A DNA stretch of 64,000 nucleotides, taken from Smithellaceae bacterium. GTDB taxonomy: Bacteria > Desulfobacterota > Syntrophia > Syntrophales > Smithellaceae. Within the stretch, counting starts at the first letter, position 1. Each line of letters opens with the position of its first letter. The stretch is from NCBI GenBank assembly GCA_963667845.2, contig CAXXVL010000002.1:256001-320000 (forward strand). The letters are read 5' to 3'. Below, in pieces: positions 41,509 through 51,072 of this stretch. Both the position numbers and the translations under genes were made by a program. The notes below the pieces were generated by a model. That model made no database searches and was not told where the DNA came from. It saw nothing but the letters and a program-made list of their open reading frames with translations.

Positions 41509-42561
41509 ATGGCAGAAGAAAAGCGGGTCCGGTTGACGGAAACGGTCCAGAGCGCGGGTTGAGCCTGTAAGATCGGTCCGGGGGACCTGTCCGACATTCT
41601 CAGCGGGTTGCCGCTCATCTCCGATCCCCATTTGCTGACCGGATATGAACATGCGGAAGACGCGGGCGTGTATCAACTCTCCGATGACCTCGCCCTGGTT
41701 CAGACCGTTGATTTTTTTACGCCGACGGTGGATGATCCCTATACCTTCGGGCAGATCGCCGCAACCAACGCGATCAATGATATTTACGCCATGGGCGCAA
41801 AACCCATGACAGCCATGAACATTGTCTGCTTCCCGATCAAGACGATGGATAAATCAGTTTTACGCGACGTTTTGCGCGGGGGACTGGATAAGATGCGCGA
41901 AGCCGGCGTTCTTTTGATCGGCGGCCACAGCGTGGAAGACAACGAAATCAAATACGGTCTTTCCGTGACCGGGACCATCAATCCCCGACGCGTGCTCATG
42001 AACCGCGGCGCGAGACCCGGCGATAAACTCATCCTGACCAAGCCGCTGGGCACGGGTATCATCAGTACGGCACTCAAGGCCAATGCCGTGAGCGATGCCG
42101 TTTTGGCAAAATCGATCGCCTGCATGACGGAGCTCAACAAAAAAGCCGCCGAACTAGTGATCGCCGCCGGGGAGATTCATTCCTGCACGGATATTACCGG
42201 CTTCGGTTTTCTGGGACATGCCTCAGAAACCATTGAAGGCAGTGATGTCGGCCTCAGGATCGCTGCACAGTCGATCCCGATCCTCGAAGGCGTAAAGGAG
42301 CTGCTGGAAGAAGGCTATGCGCCGGGCGGTCTCACTCGCAACCGGAATTACCGCCTGGCCCAGGTCGAAAAGGCTCCATCCTGCCCGGACTGGATTTTTG
42401 ACGTCTGCTTTGATCCGCAAACCGCCGGTGGTTTGTTTTTCAGCCTGCCTGCGGCCAGAGCGCAGAAACTTCTGGATGCGCTGCACGAGGCGGGGATAAA
42501 AGAGGCCGCCATCGTAGGTGATGTGATAGACAGCCATCCCGGTAAAATTTTGATCGGGTGA
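41509..42561 (+). CDS. selD: Selenide, water dikinase; selenoprotein with Sec at codon 18
   Basis: ATG 41509 reads MAEEKRVRLTETVQSAG-U(TGA 41560-41562)-ACKIGPGDL in frame into the tracked ORF; QTVDFFTP, GGHS, DITGFG, DPQT. Confidence 0.95.
41574..41586 (+). promoter_or_regulatory. Candidate bacterial SECIS apical hairpin
   Basis: GGTCC-GGG-GGACC starting 11 nt after the UGA. Confidence 0.6.
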
Positions 42562-42590
42562 TCCTTCAAAGGACATAAACGGGAAGAATC

Positions 42591-43661
42591 ATGAGACTGG
42601 AATCGACATCCATCAAAAACGAGACCCAGCAGAATTTGAAAAGGATGCTGGAACTCGCCCATCCCGATGACGGGCTGCTCCTGTTGATGTATGGCAGCCC
42701 GGACCCCGACGCCATGGCCTCGGCCATGGCGCTGAGAGAGTTATTCCGGCAGAAAAAAGGAATGTCCAGGTTTGTTTTTGCGGCAACCGAGCCCTTTCGA
42801 AGGCAGCAAAACAAGGAGCTGGCCCAGGCGATGCGGATCGGCATACGGTTGCTTCCCCAACTGGATCTCAGCACCTTCCAGATGATCGCGCTGGTCGACG
42901 CGCAGCCCTCTTTCTTCGGCGACCAGCTCCAGTCCGTTAAACCGACCATCGTTTTCGATCATCATCCCCGTCAAGGCGAATGGTCGGCGGAGCTTACGGA
43001 TATCCGTCCTCAGTATGGAGCGCTCGCCAGCATTCTGACGGAATACCTCCGCTGCGCACACGTCCGGATTCCCCGTATTTTACACACGGCGCTCCTGTAT
43101 GGCATTAAAACGGACACGGACAATTTCGACCGTGAAACGTTGAGCGAAGACATTCAAGCCTATCTGTATCATGCCCGGCGCGCCAACATGCGGCTGATCC
43201 GGCGTATCGAACTCAATCAGACGCCCAGGAGCTACTTGAAATATTTTGATCATGCCTTTCATCACATGACTCACTATCGTGGCCGCCGCGTCGGATTCCT
43301 GGGATACGTGGAAAGCCCGGACGTTTGCGTGCAGGTGGCGGATTTCTATCTGCGGCTGATCGGCACGTACTACGTCGTCGTCGCCGGCATCGTCAACGAC
43401 AAACTGATCATTATCTTCCGGGGAGACGGCTACCGGCAGGACTGCGGCGCGATTGCGCAAAATGCCTGCGGTCTGATCGGCCAGGGGGGCGGTCATCGCA
43501 GCGCTGCCCGCATTCAGATTCCGCTGGACGCATTAAAAGCCGAGTTAAAGGATGATTTATCTCAACAGAGCATTGATCATTTCTTGAATGAATGCCTGAA
43601 GAGAGTCCACAAAGCGAAAGAATATCCCGCCGCGATAGAAACCGGGACGAAAAATTCATGA
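42591..43661 (+). CDS. DHH family phosphoesterase
   Basis: PDPDA, LVD, FDHH, GIKTDT, GGGH. Confidence 0.9.
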   Translation: MRLESTSIKNETQQNLKRMLELAHPDDGLLLLMYGSPDPDAMASAMALRELFRQKKGMSRFVFAATEPFRRQQNKELAQAMRIGIRLLPQLDLSTFQMIALVDAQPSFFGDQLQSVKPTIVFDHHPRQGEWSAELTDIRPQYGALASILTEYLRCAHVRIPRILHTALLYGIKTDTDNFDRETLSEDIQAYLYHARRANMRLIRRIELNQTPRSYLKYFDHAFHHMTHYRGRRVGFLGYVESPDVCVQVADFYLRLIGTYYVVVAGIVNDKLIIIFRGDGYRQDCGAIAQNACGLIGQGGGHRSAARIQIPLDALKAELKDDLSQQSIDHFLNECLKRVHKAKEYPAAIETGTKNS

Positions 43662-44695
43662 GAGACATCGGATTTCGAAAAGAGCTCACGACCGGTCATT
43701 ATCTCAATCCGTTTGCCGGGTTTGAACCGAAAGACATCCCCATCGAGGAACGCTATGACGAAACCACCGGTGTCGCCAGCCGCATCCTCCCCTACCGCGT
43801 TCGCCCCACGCAAAAACCGGACACGGCCGCCTATGTGGAGAAGTCTCCGGAATCGATCTGTCCGTTCTGCCCGGAGCTCTTTGATAAGATGACGCCGAAA
43901 TTTACGCCGGACATTACAGCTTGCGGAAAATTCAGACACGGCGGCGCCTGTTTGTTTCCCAATGCTTTCCCTTACGACGCTACCAATACCGTCGCGATTC
44001 TTTCATCGCGCCACTTCACCCCCCTGGATCAGCTGACGGCGGAGACGATGCATGACGGTTTTGCCGTCTGCCGTGATTATTTTTACCGGATCGCCGAACT
44101 GCAGAAAGGATATCAATACGGCTCCATCAACTGGAATTACATGCCGCCCGCGGGAGGCGGGCTGATTCATCCCCATCTGCAGACGACTTTGGGCAGGAAC
44201 CCGACGAATTTTATGGGACGGCTCCTGGCCAGTGCGCAGAATTACCAAGCTGCCTCCGGCGGCAATCTATGGAGGAATCTGCTGGTGATCGAGCAGGAAG
44301 CCGGGGAGCGATTCGTCGCCACAACCGGCGCTATTTCATGGCTGACTGCTTTCTCTCCCAAAGGCATGGCGGGTGAAATCGATTTTTATTTCAAAGAGAA
44401 GACATCGTTTTTCGATCTGACGGAGGCCAATTTTGAGGAGTTGCTGATGGGCCTGGCCCGGATCTTCCTTTATCTCTACGTCAATAATTACATGAGTTTT
44501 AACCTGTCGCTTTATACCACGCTGACCCCGGAAAAAAACTTCTGGGTGCAGGGCAAAATCATCCCCCGGTTTGAAATCAATCCTCTGGGCACAAGCGACC
44601 TCAATTACTTTGAAAAGCTGCACAATGAAATCATCTGCCCGGTTGTGCCGGAACAGTTGTGCAAGGCATTGCAGAAGTATTTTACGGCACCTTAA
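43658..44695 (+). CDS. GalT-like (HIT superfamily) nucleotidyltransferase
   Basis: CPFC, FPNAFPY, HPHLQ; ATGA overlap with the DHH gene. Confidence 0.8.
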   Translation: MRDIGFRKELTTGHYLNPFAGFEPKDIPIEERYDETTGVASRILPYRVRPTQKPDTAAYVEKSPESICPFCPELFDKMTPKFTPDITACGKFRHGGACLFPNAFPYDATNTVAILSSRHFTPLDQLTAETMHDGFAVCRDYFYRIAELQKGYQYGSINWNYMPPAGGGLIHPHLQTTLGRNPTNFMGRLLASAQNYQAASGGNLWRNLLVIEQEAGERFVATTGAISWLTAFSPKGMAGEIDFYFKEKTSFFDLTEANFEELLMGLARIFLYLYVNNYMSFNLSLYTTLTPEKNFWVQGKIIPRFEINPLGTSDLNYFEKLHNEIICPVVPEQLCKALQKYFTAP

Positions 44696-44737
44696 ATGCC
44701 GTCCGGACACAGGGGGTAGGGGTCGTTTATGATAGAG

Positions 44738-44767
44738 AAAAGGCGGCATCTTTTTGCCGCCTTTTTT
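44738..44767. terminator. Bidirectional intrinsic terminator
   Basis: AAAAGGCGGCA...TGCCGCCTTTTTT between convergent genes. Confidence 0.8.
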
Positions 44768-44870
44768 AATCGACCACCTCGCAGCAAGCTGTCGAGGCAT
44801 GAAATGAATATTATTGTATCGCAGAAAACTGCGGAGAATTAACGCTCGTCCCCTGGTGAGCGGGATTAAA
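44766..44870 (+). repeat. Dispersed structured repeat, copy B (long form)
   Basis: TTAATCGACCACCTCGCAGCAAGCTGTCGAGG...GCGGAGAATTAACGCTCGTCCC...GAGCGGGATTAAA. Confidence 0.85.
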
Positions 44871-44882
44871 TCATCGAATCTT

Positions 44883-45170
44883 CTAATCCTCTTTGCTCGT
44901 GCTTGCCTTTGCCGGCGGCGCATCGGAAGATGCCGAAGAACTTTCGCTTGCCGCCGTTTCCTTTTTTTCGGTCTTGGCGGGCTGAGGCTTCTTCCCGGCG
45001 TAATCCGTCGCGTACCAGCCGGAACCTTTCAGGCTGAAGGACGACAGCGACATCATCTTTTGAACCTTACCCTTGCAGAATTTGCATGTTTTTAGATCCG
45101 GTTCGGTGATCCCCTGGAATGCTTCAAATTGTTTACCACACTTCTTACACTGATATTCGTAGATAGGCAC
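44883..45170 (-). CDS. FmdB family zinc-ribbon protein
   Basis: MPIYEYQCKKCG, CKFC, LKGSGWYATDY. Confidence 0.9.
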   Translation of the reverse strand: MPIYEYQCKKCGKQFEAFQGITEPDLKTCKFCKGKVQKMMSLSSFSLKGSGWYATDYAGKKPQPAKTEKKETAASESSSASSDAPPAKASTSKED

Positions 45171-45187
45171 TGTATAACCTCCTAAAA

Positions 45188-45724
45188 TTAATTATATAAA
45201 TCACTAATCTTAAACTCGCCGCTGAAGCAGTCGAGCACGATGTCCATGTTATTTTGCTTTATGGGCTGCAGAGCTCTCCTCGTCAAATTGTGAACAATTT
45301 TTTCTTCATTTTCTTTTTCTTCATCCGGCGCATTGAAATCGATCTCGCCGTTTCCGAACCGAAGGACGTGAATCAGTTCATGGACGGCAATGTATAGCAT
45401 TAACGGACTAAATTTTATAAAAGAATTGGCCCGCTCCACCGCATCCAGAATAATATTATCCTGCAAGCACACCCGGTAAAAATCAAAACCCTCTTTCCCG
45501 TCCGGACTCAAATCCGACGGCTTTTCGTAGGAGTACTTGCAAAGCTGTGCAAATGCGTCGCCTTTTACTTCATGCTGCTCCAAAAAGGCAAGTGTTTTTA
45601 CATCATACTTATTCTTGCGCAGATCATTCTCACTTAAGCGAAAATGCTGTGAAACCAGCTTTTCCGCATCGTTAAATGCTCTCGCGGCCACCGGTATCTG
45701 CGTTTGACTAAAATAGCGCGTCAT
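45188..45724 (-). CDS. Hypothetical protein with HExxH zinc motif
   Basis: YIAVHELIHVLRF. Confidence 0.75.
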   Translation of the reverse strand: MTRYFSQTQIPVAARAFNDAEKLVSQHFRLSENDLRKNKYDVKTLAFLEQHEVKGDAFAQLCKYSYEKPSDLSPDGKEGFDFYRVCLQDNIILDAVERANSFIKFSPLMLYIAVHELIHVLRFGNGEIDFNAPDEEKENEEKIVHNLTRRALQPIKQNNMDIVLDCFSGEFKISDLYN

Positions 45725-45928
45725 AAAAGCACCCGAACCATTTCTAAAGCTACGGTAATATAACTATAAACTCCTTCCGTGTCAATATATTGCCGGAGGG
45801 GACACTTGCCCATTGCATAGAGTATCCTTATTATATTGCAGTATAAGGAATTTCTTGTCAAATGATGTTGCCGATGTTAGTATTCGCACTTGTTTTCAAC
45901 TGCAATTACATCGGTAAAGGGAAACTTG

Positions 45929-46780
45929 ATGATTGAACTCATCGCAAAGAGTCGGAACCGACAAAAAAACGGCTCGGTCGCCGGCAACGGTTCAGCGCTA
46001 CTCCAGCCGTTTGCCTACATCGGCCGAAAAGTCATCAGCTGGGTGAATAATCTCGGGGCGGCGTCAATTTTTCTTTATCTTGCTCTTTTGCAGACCTTCC
46101 GGCGCAAACAACTGTCCAAAACGATTGAACAGGTTTACTTCATCGGCGCACGATCGATCACCATCATCATGCTGGTCAGCCTTTTCACCGGGATGGTTCT
46201 CGGGCTGCAGGCTTACCATTCTTTATCCAAATTCGGCGCGCAGGGAGCAGTCGGATCGCTGGTGGCCCTCTCGCTCATTATGGAGCTGGGTCCGGTGCTG
46301 ACGGCCATCATGATCACGGCCCGGGCGGGTTCGGCCATCGCCGCGGAAATCGGTATCCAACGGATCAGCGAGCAGATTGACGCCTTGCATACGATGCACA
46401 TCAATCCGCTTCGCTACGCTGTGAGCCCCAAAATTACCGCTGCGATCATCAGTTTCCCCCTGCTCACCGCCGTATCCGATTTGGTCGGAATTTTCGGCGG
46501 CTACATTTCCGGGGTTGTACTCCTGGGTTTGAACGGCAGCGTTTATTGGAACAGCGTCCAGACGTACGTAGCCATGTCCGATATTACGAACGGCTTTACC
46601 AAGTCGCTCGTTTTCGCCGTCATCGTCGCCACGGTTTGTTGCTACCAGGGTTATTTCGCTCACATGCGCAAAGACAGCCATGGGGCCCAGGCGGTGGGTC
46701 TCGCCACCACATCCGCCGTCGTCGTATCCTGCGTACTGATTTTGATTTCGGACTATGTTGTGACGTCCCTTTTGCTATAG
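45929..46780 (+). CDS. mlaE: MlaE ABC permease
   Basis: ELGPVLTA, GSAIAAEIG, EQIDAL. Confidence 0.93.
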   Translation: MIELIAKSRNRQKNGSVAGNGSALLQPFAYIGRKVISWVNNLGAASIFLYLALLQTFRRKQLSKTIEQVYFIGARSITIIMLVSLFTGMVLGLQAYHSLSKFGAQGAVGSLVALSLIMELGPVLTAIMITARAGSAIAAEIGIQRISEQIDALHTMHINPLRYAVSPKITAAIISFPLLTAVSDLVGIFGGYISGVVLLGLNGSVYWNSVQTYVAMSDITNGFTKSLVFAVIVATVCCYQGYFAHMRKDSHGAQAVGLATTSAVVVSCVLILISDYVVTSLLL

Positions 46781-46789
46781 AGAGGTTTC

Positions 46790-48040
46790 ATGGACACGCC
46801 GCTTATTGAATTTCAAAATGTTACCAAACGCTTCGGTGATAAAACCGTCCTGGATCGGGTTAATCTGCAGATTTACGAGGGACAGGTCACAACGATTATC
46901 GGACTTTCCGGTTCCGGCAAAAGTGTTCTTCTCAAGCACATCATCGGACTCATAGAGCCCGACGAAGGCGTCATTCTCTTCCGCGGCAAACCGATTACCG
47001 GCGGCGACCGCTCGGATATTTCCGAATCTTTTAATCAGATAAGCTATATGTTTCAGGGTAACGCCTTGTTCGATTCCTTAACCGTTTATGACAATATCGC
47101 CCTGCCGCTTCGCGAAACCACCACTTTGAAAAAGGCGGAAATCCACCGGCGGGTCATGTCCCGCATCAAGCAGACGGAGCTCACCGAAGCCATTTCCAGA
47201 TACCCGTCTGAGCTTTCCGGGGGAATGCAAAAGAGAGCCGCCCTTGCCCGCGCGCTGATTACCGATCCGCAAATCGTCCTCTTTGATGAGCCGACCACGG
47301 GCCAGGACCCCGTCCGCAAAAATGCGATTCTGAGCATGATCGCCCAGTACCAGCGCAAGTTCAATTTCACAGCCGTCCTGGTGAGCCATGAGATTCCGGA
47401 CGTTTATTTCATCTCCAACCGCATCCTTGCCCTCTACGACCGGCAGATCGTCTTTCAGGGAACGCCGGAGGAACTGGAAAATTTCGACCATCCGTTCATG
47501 AATGAGGTCATCGGCTCCCTGGAGGCGCTGCAAAAGGAATTAACCGGACTGTATTCGCAGCGCCAGTTCAAGGTACTCAATCACTTGCAGTTGAAGCGGC
47601 GGGTCGCCGGAGAACCCTATTGCCTGGTAGACTTCCGGCTGGAGGAGCTCAACGCGCTCATCAGCACGGTCGGGCATGAAGCGGCGCAGGAAGCGGTCCG
47701 GAACATGGGATTATACATCGACAAACACTTCGGCACGATCGGCGGCATTTCCACGCGCCGCAATACCAGCGAGATCATCACGATGCTTCCCTACTCCACC
47801 CTTCTCGAGACGGAGGGCATCATGAAGAATTTCATCCAGGATTTCAATGACCAGACGATCCCGCTGATCCAGGCGGAATCATGCAAATGGGCGGAGGGCA
47901 GTTCCGTCGCCGTGTCGATTACCGCCGGAGTCGCCGAGGGTGTCGCGGAGAGTGACATCGACGCGGTGATCGCGCAGGCCAGGGCACAACAAAAAGAAAT
48001 CGGGCGGATCCAATGTTCCGCCGAGGGAGTGAATGCATGA
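46790..48040 (+). CDS. mlaF: MlaF ABC ATPase with C-terminal degenerate GGDEF-like domain
   Basis: GLSGSGKS, LSGGMQKR, FDEPTTGQDP; extra ~170 aa beginning ELTGLYSQRQF. Confidence 0.9.
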   Translation: MDTPLIEFQNVTKRFGDKTVLDRVNLQIYEGQVTTIIGLSGSGKSVLLKHIIGLIEPDEGVILFRGKPITGGDRSDISESFNQISYMFQGNALFDSLTVYDNIALPLRETTTLKKAEIHRRVMSRIKQTELTEAISRYPSELSGGMQKRAALARALITDPQIVLFDEPTTGQDPVRKNAILSMIAQYQRKFNFTAVLVSHEIPDVYFISNRILALYDRQIVFQGTPEELENFDHPFMNEVIGSLEALQKELTGLYSQRQFKVLNHLQLKRRVAGEPYCLVDFRLEELNALISTVGHEAAQEAVRNMGLYIDKHFGTIGGISTRRNTSEIITMLPYSTLLETEGIMKNFIQDFNDQTIPLIQAESCKWAEGSSVAVSITAGVAEGVAESDIDAVIAQARAQQKEIGRIQCSAEGVNA

Positions 48041-48519
48041 AAAAATATACTATGGAGACCATCGTCGGCATCTTCGTTGTGGTCGGGCTGATCTGCGTGG
48101 GCTATATGACGGTCAAACTCGGAAAACTGAACGTGTTCGGCGACGACACCTACCCGCTTATCGCCAAGTTCACGACGGTCACTGGTCTGAAGGCGGGCAA
48201 TCCCGTGAACATTCTGGGCATTAATGTCGGTCGCGTAGAGCAGATTACCATGGACCAGGAAAATCAAAAGGCCGTGGTCGAAGTGCGGATAAAGAAAGGC
48301 ATTAAGATCTACGACGATGCCATCGCTTCGATTAAAACGGAAGGTCTGATCGGGGACAAGTATCTCAGCATTGACCCGGGCGGCGGTGGCGAACTCCTGA
48401 AACCCAAAGGCGTGATCACGGATACGCAAGCGGCCGTGGATATTGAATCGCTCATCAGCAAGTATGCTTTCGGCGAAGTGAAAAAGGACCAGAAACAGGA
48501 CAAGGGAGGTCAGAAATGA
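48037..48519 (+). CDS. mlaD: MlaD MCE protein
   Basis: GLKAGNPV, GINVGRV, TEGLIGDKYL. Confidence 0.93.
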   Translation: MKKYTMETIVGIFVVVGLICVGYMTVKLGKLNVFGDDTYPLIAKFTTVTGLKAGNPVNILGINVGRVEQITMDQENQKAVVEVRIKKGIKIYDDAIASIKTEGLIGDKYLSIDPGGGGELLKPKGVITDTQAAVDIESLISKYAFGEVKKDQKQDKGGQK

Positions 48520-49109
48520 AAACGCGTTACATGGTATTCAGTCTATTGATGATCATGATATTAGCCGTTCCGGCGCACGCCGGAGCACCGACTGTCGCCG
48601 TAGAGGCCACCGTCAACCGGGTACTGGACGTCCTCAAGGATCCCAAACTAAAAGCACCGAGCGCAAAAGAAGCCAGGAAGGGCGAACTCCGCGTCATTTA
48701 CAAAGATATGTTTGATGAAATAGAATTCTCCAAGCGCACGCTGACGCGCAACTGGAACAAGTTTACCCCTCCGCAGCGCAAGGAGTTTGTCGACCTTTTT
48801 GAGCAGATTCTGGAAAAGACATATCTCGATAAAATTCTCGAATACTCCAATGAAAAAATCGTCTTTTACAAAGAGACCATGATGTCGGATACCCAGGCCG
48901 AAGTTCAGTCAAAGGTCGTTACCTCCTCCAAGGAGATTCCGATTTTTTATCGGATGTTACTGAAAAACGGAAAGTGGAAAGTTTATGACGTCGTTGTAGA
49001 AAATGTCAGTCTGGTTCAAAACTATCGTAACCAGTTCAATGAAATCCTTGCCAGCAGCACTCCGGAGCAACTGCTGCAGACTCTGCGGGACAAGGTAAAA
49101 AAACATTAA
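48516..49109 (+). CDS. mlaC: MlaC/Ttg2D periplasmic binding protein
   Basis: WKVYDVVVENVSLVQNYRNQF. Confidence 0.93.
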   Translation: MKTRYMVFSLLMIMILAVPAHAGAPTVAVEATVNRVLDVLKDPKLKAPSAKEARKGELRVIYKDMFDEIEFSKRTLTRNWNKFTPPQRKEFVDLFEQILEKTYLDKILEYSNEKIVFYKETMMSDTQAEVQSKVVTSSKEIPIFYRMLLKNGKWKVYDVVVENVSLVQNYRNQFNEILASSTPEQLLQTLRDKVKKH

Positions 49110-49237
49110 GGAAGAGTGACCGACTTTAAATGATCGCCGGGGTAGGATCTTTTCCCACAAATGGCGGAATATCCCGGCACCGGCAAACCGGCAATGGGCT
49201 TTTTTTAAAGAGCCCGGAAAAAGGTGGATATCCATTC

Positions 49238-50167
49238 ATGAAATCTCGCTTCTTATGGGTTATCGGGTTCGTCATCCTGTTCGCGGGATGGACGCTTGGC
49301 TCCTGTCTGGCCGCTGAACCGGCGCAAAGCCAGGAAGCGGCAGCCATGTCGTCGCAACCGGCATCGCCTTTGAAAAAAGTCACAGCGCCGGCTCCGGCGT
49401 CAAAAGGCACGTCAGACTCCGTGTCCGACGACTACAAAGATGATGAGAACCTCGATTACAAAGACGAACCTTTTGCCGAAGAACAAGTCACCATTGCCGA
49501 TCCGATAGAACCCTTTAACAGGGCCATGAACCAGGTCAACGATAAGATGTACTTCTGGCTGCTCAAACCCGCTGCACAGGGTTATAAAGTCGTCGTCCCG
49601 GAACCCGCACGCATCAGCGTGAAGAATTTCTTCTCCAATCTCAAATTCCCCGTCCGCTTCGTCAGCTGCGTGCTGCAGACGGATTTTAAAGGCGCAGCTA
49701 CGGAAACCGGCCGGTTCGTCATCAACACCGTGTGGGGCATCGGCGGACTTATGGATCCCGCCGCAGGCCCGGAATTGGCTCTGGAGCGGCAGGACACCGA
49801 CCTGGGACAGACCCTGGGGGTTTACGGCGTCGGTCATGGATTCTACATCGTCTGGCCGTTTTTCGGACCGTCCAGCCCACGGGACACGGTGAGCCTCATC
49901 GGCGATCAGGTGCTTTATCCGCTTTCTTTTTTGAATATCTGGTACACCTCATTTATCACCAAACCCATCGAGGTTATCAACGCTACGTCCCTGAGAATCG
50001 GAGATTATGAATCGCTCATCGGGGCCGCCATTGATCCTTACGTGGCCATCCGCAACGCCTATATCCAGTACCGGATGAAAGATGTGAAGGCCCGCAAGGC
50101 GAAGTCTTTACTTTTTAAAGACGGCGACAGCGCAAGTCCGGCGGCAGACGCGCCGCCAAAAAGCTAA
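49238..50167 (+). CDS. mlaA: MlaA/VacJ family protein
   Basis: DPIEPFNRAM, RFVINT, DLGQTLG, GPSSPRD, DPYVAIRNAY. Confidence 0.92.
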   Translation: MKSRFLWVIGFVILFAGWTLGSCLAAEPAQSQEAAAMSSQPASPLKKVTAPAPASKGTSDSVSDDYKDDENLDYKDEPFAEEQVTIADPIEPFNRAMNQVNDKMYFWLLKPAAQGYKVVVPEPARISVKNFFSNLKFPVRFVSCVLQTDFKGAATETGRFVINTVWGIGGLMDPAAGPELALERQDTDLGQTLGVYGVGHGFYIVWPFFGPSSPRDTVSLIGDQVLYPLSFLNIWYTSFITKPIEVINATSLRIGDYESLIGAAIDPYVAIRNAYIQYRMKDVKARKAKSLLFKDGDSASPAADAPPKS

Positions 50168-50189
50168 ATACAAGAGAGGAGAAATCCTT

Positions 50190-50972
50190 ACGAAAAGAAT
50201 TATTTTCATCATCGCGGCAATTTTATTGCTTCTTGTCCCCGGTACCGCTGCACTGGCGGACGGCATGTTCGGCCCGCCGCAAACCCTTTCCCGAAAATCG
50301 GGAGGCCTCAATACCGCCGTCGCTTACCGGTATGCCGAAGACACATTCCGGCACGATGCAGACTATGTCATCCGGCAAAACCAGGTCTATTCCCAGGCGG
50401 CTTACGGTGCGGGCGACATCTGGGAAGTCTACGGGCGCATCGGCATATCGGACCTCAGAATATCCGGCGCGTTTGTCTCCACGGATGCGGCCACGTCTAC
50501 GACCAAAACCGACTTTGCCGAAAACTGGAAATTTTTCGGCACACTCGGCGCCAAGGCATTTCTCCCTCTGGGCAAGATCTTCGGCATCGGCGCCTTTGTT
50601 CAGGGAACCTACCATATGAGCAACTATACGGATAACGTAGCCGGCGTCCATAACGGCACGCCCTTTGAAACCGATCTGAAGATTAAGAATCTCTGGGATG
50701 TCCATGGCGGTATCGGTCTTCAGGCAACGGTCCCCTGGAATATCAAACTCTACGCCGGTCCCTACGTCTATTATTCGGAAGCCGATGCGGTTCTAACGCC
50801 CACTGTACCGGGAATCCTTTTCGGTGCGGAAAACGTCTCTGTGCATAACAAGTCGATCGCGGGCGGATTTTTCGGTATCGACGTTCCTCTGGCCAAAGGA
50901 TTTCGCCTGAACATCGAAGGGCAGTTTGCGGACCGTTTTTCAGTCGGATCGGCTGTGACTTACACTTATTGA
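50190..50972 (+). CDS. Putative outer-membrane beta-barrel protein; apparent ACG start
   Basis: GAGGAG RBS then ACG-KRIIFIIAAILLLLVPGTAALA signal peptide; C-terminal TYTY. Confidence 0.7.
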   Translation, partial: TKRIIFIIAAILLLLVPGTAALADGMFGPPQTLSRKSGGLNTAVAYRYAEDTFRHDADYVIRQNQVYSQAAYGAGDIWEVYGRIGISDLRISGAFVSTDAATSTTKTDFAENWKFFGTLGAKAFLPLGKIFGIGAFVQGTYHMSNYTDNVAGVHNGTPFETDLKIKNLWDVHGGIGLQATVPWNIKLYAGPYVYYSEADAVLTPTVPGILFGAENVSVHNKSIAGGFFGIDVPLAKGFRLNIEGQFADRFSVGSAVTYTY

Positions 50973-50976
50973 TTTT

Positions 50977-51039
50977 TTAATCAACCACCTCGCAGCAAGC
51001 TGCGGAGAATTGACGTTTGTCCCGCGTGAGCGGGATTAA
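50977..51039 (+). repeat. Dispersed structured repeat, copy C (short form)
   Basis: TTAATCAACCACCTCGCAGCAAGCTGCGGAGAATTGACGTTTGTCCCGCGTGAGCGGGATTAA. Confidence 0.85.
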
Positions 51040-51072
51040 CCCTGATCGTATATGCGAAAAAAAGGATTCATC

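Noticed and set aside
41608..42561. Tracked TTG start for selD
   Set aside because: Would omit the catalytic U-x-x-K motif; the upstream ATG at 41509 with UGA recoding fits better
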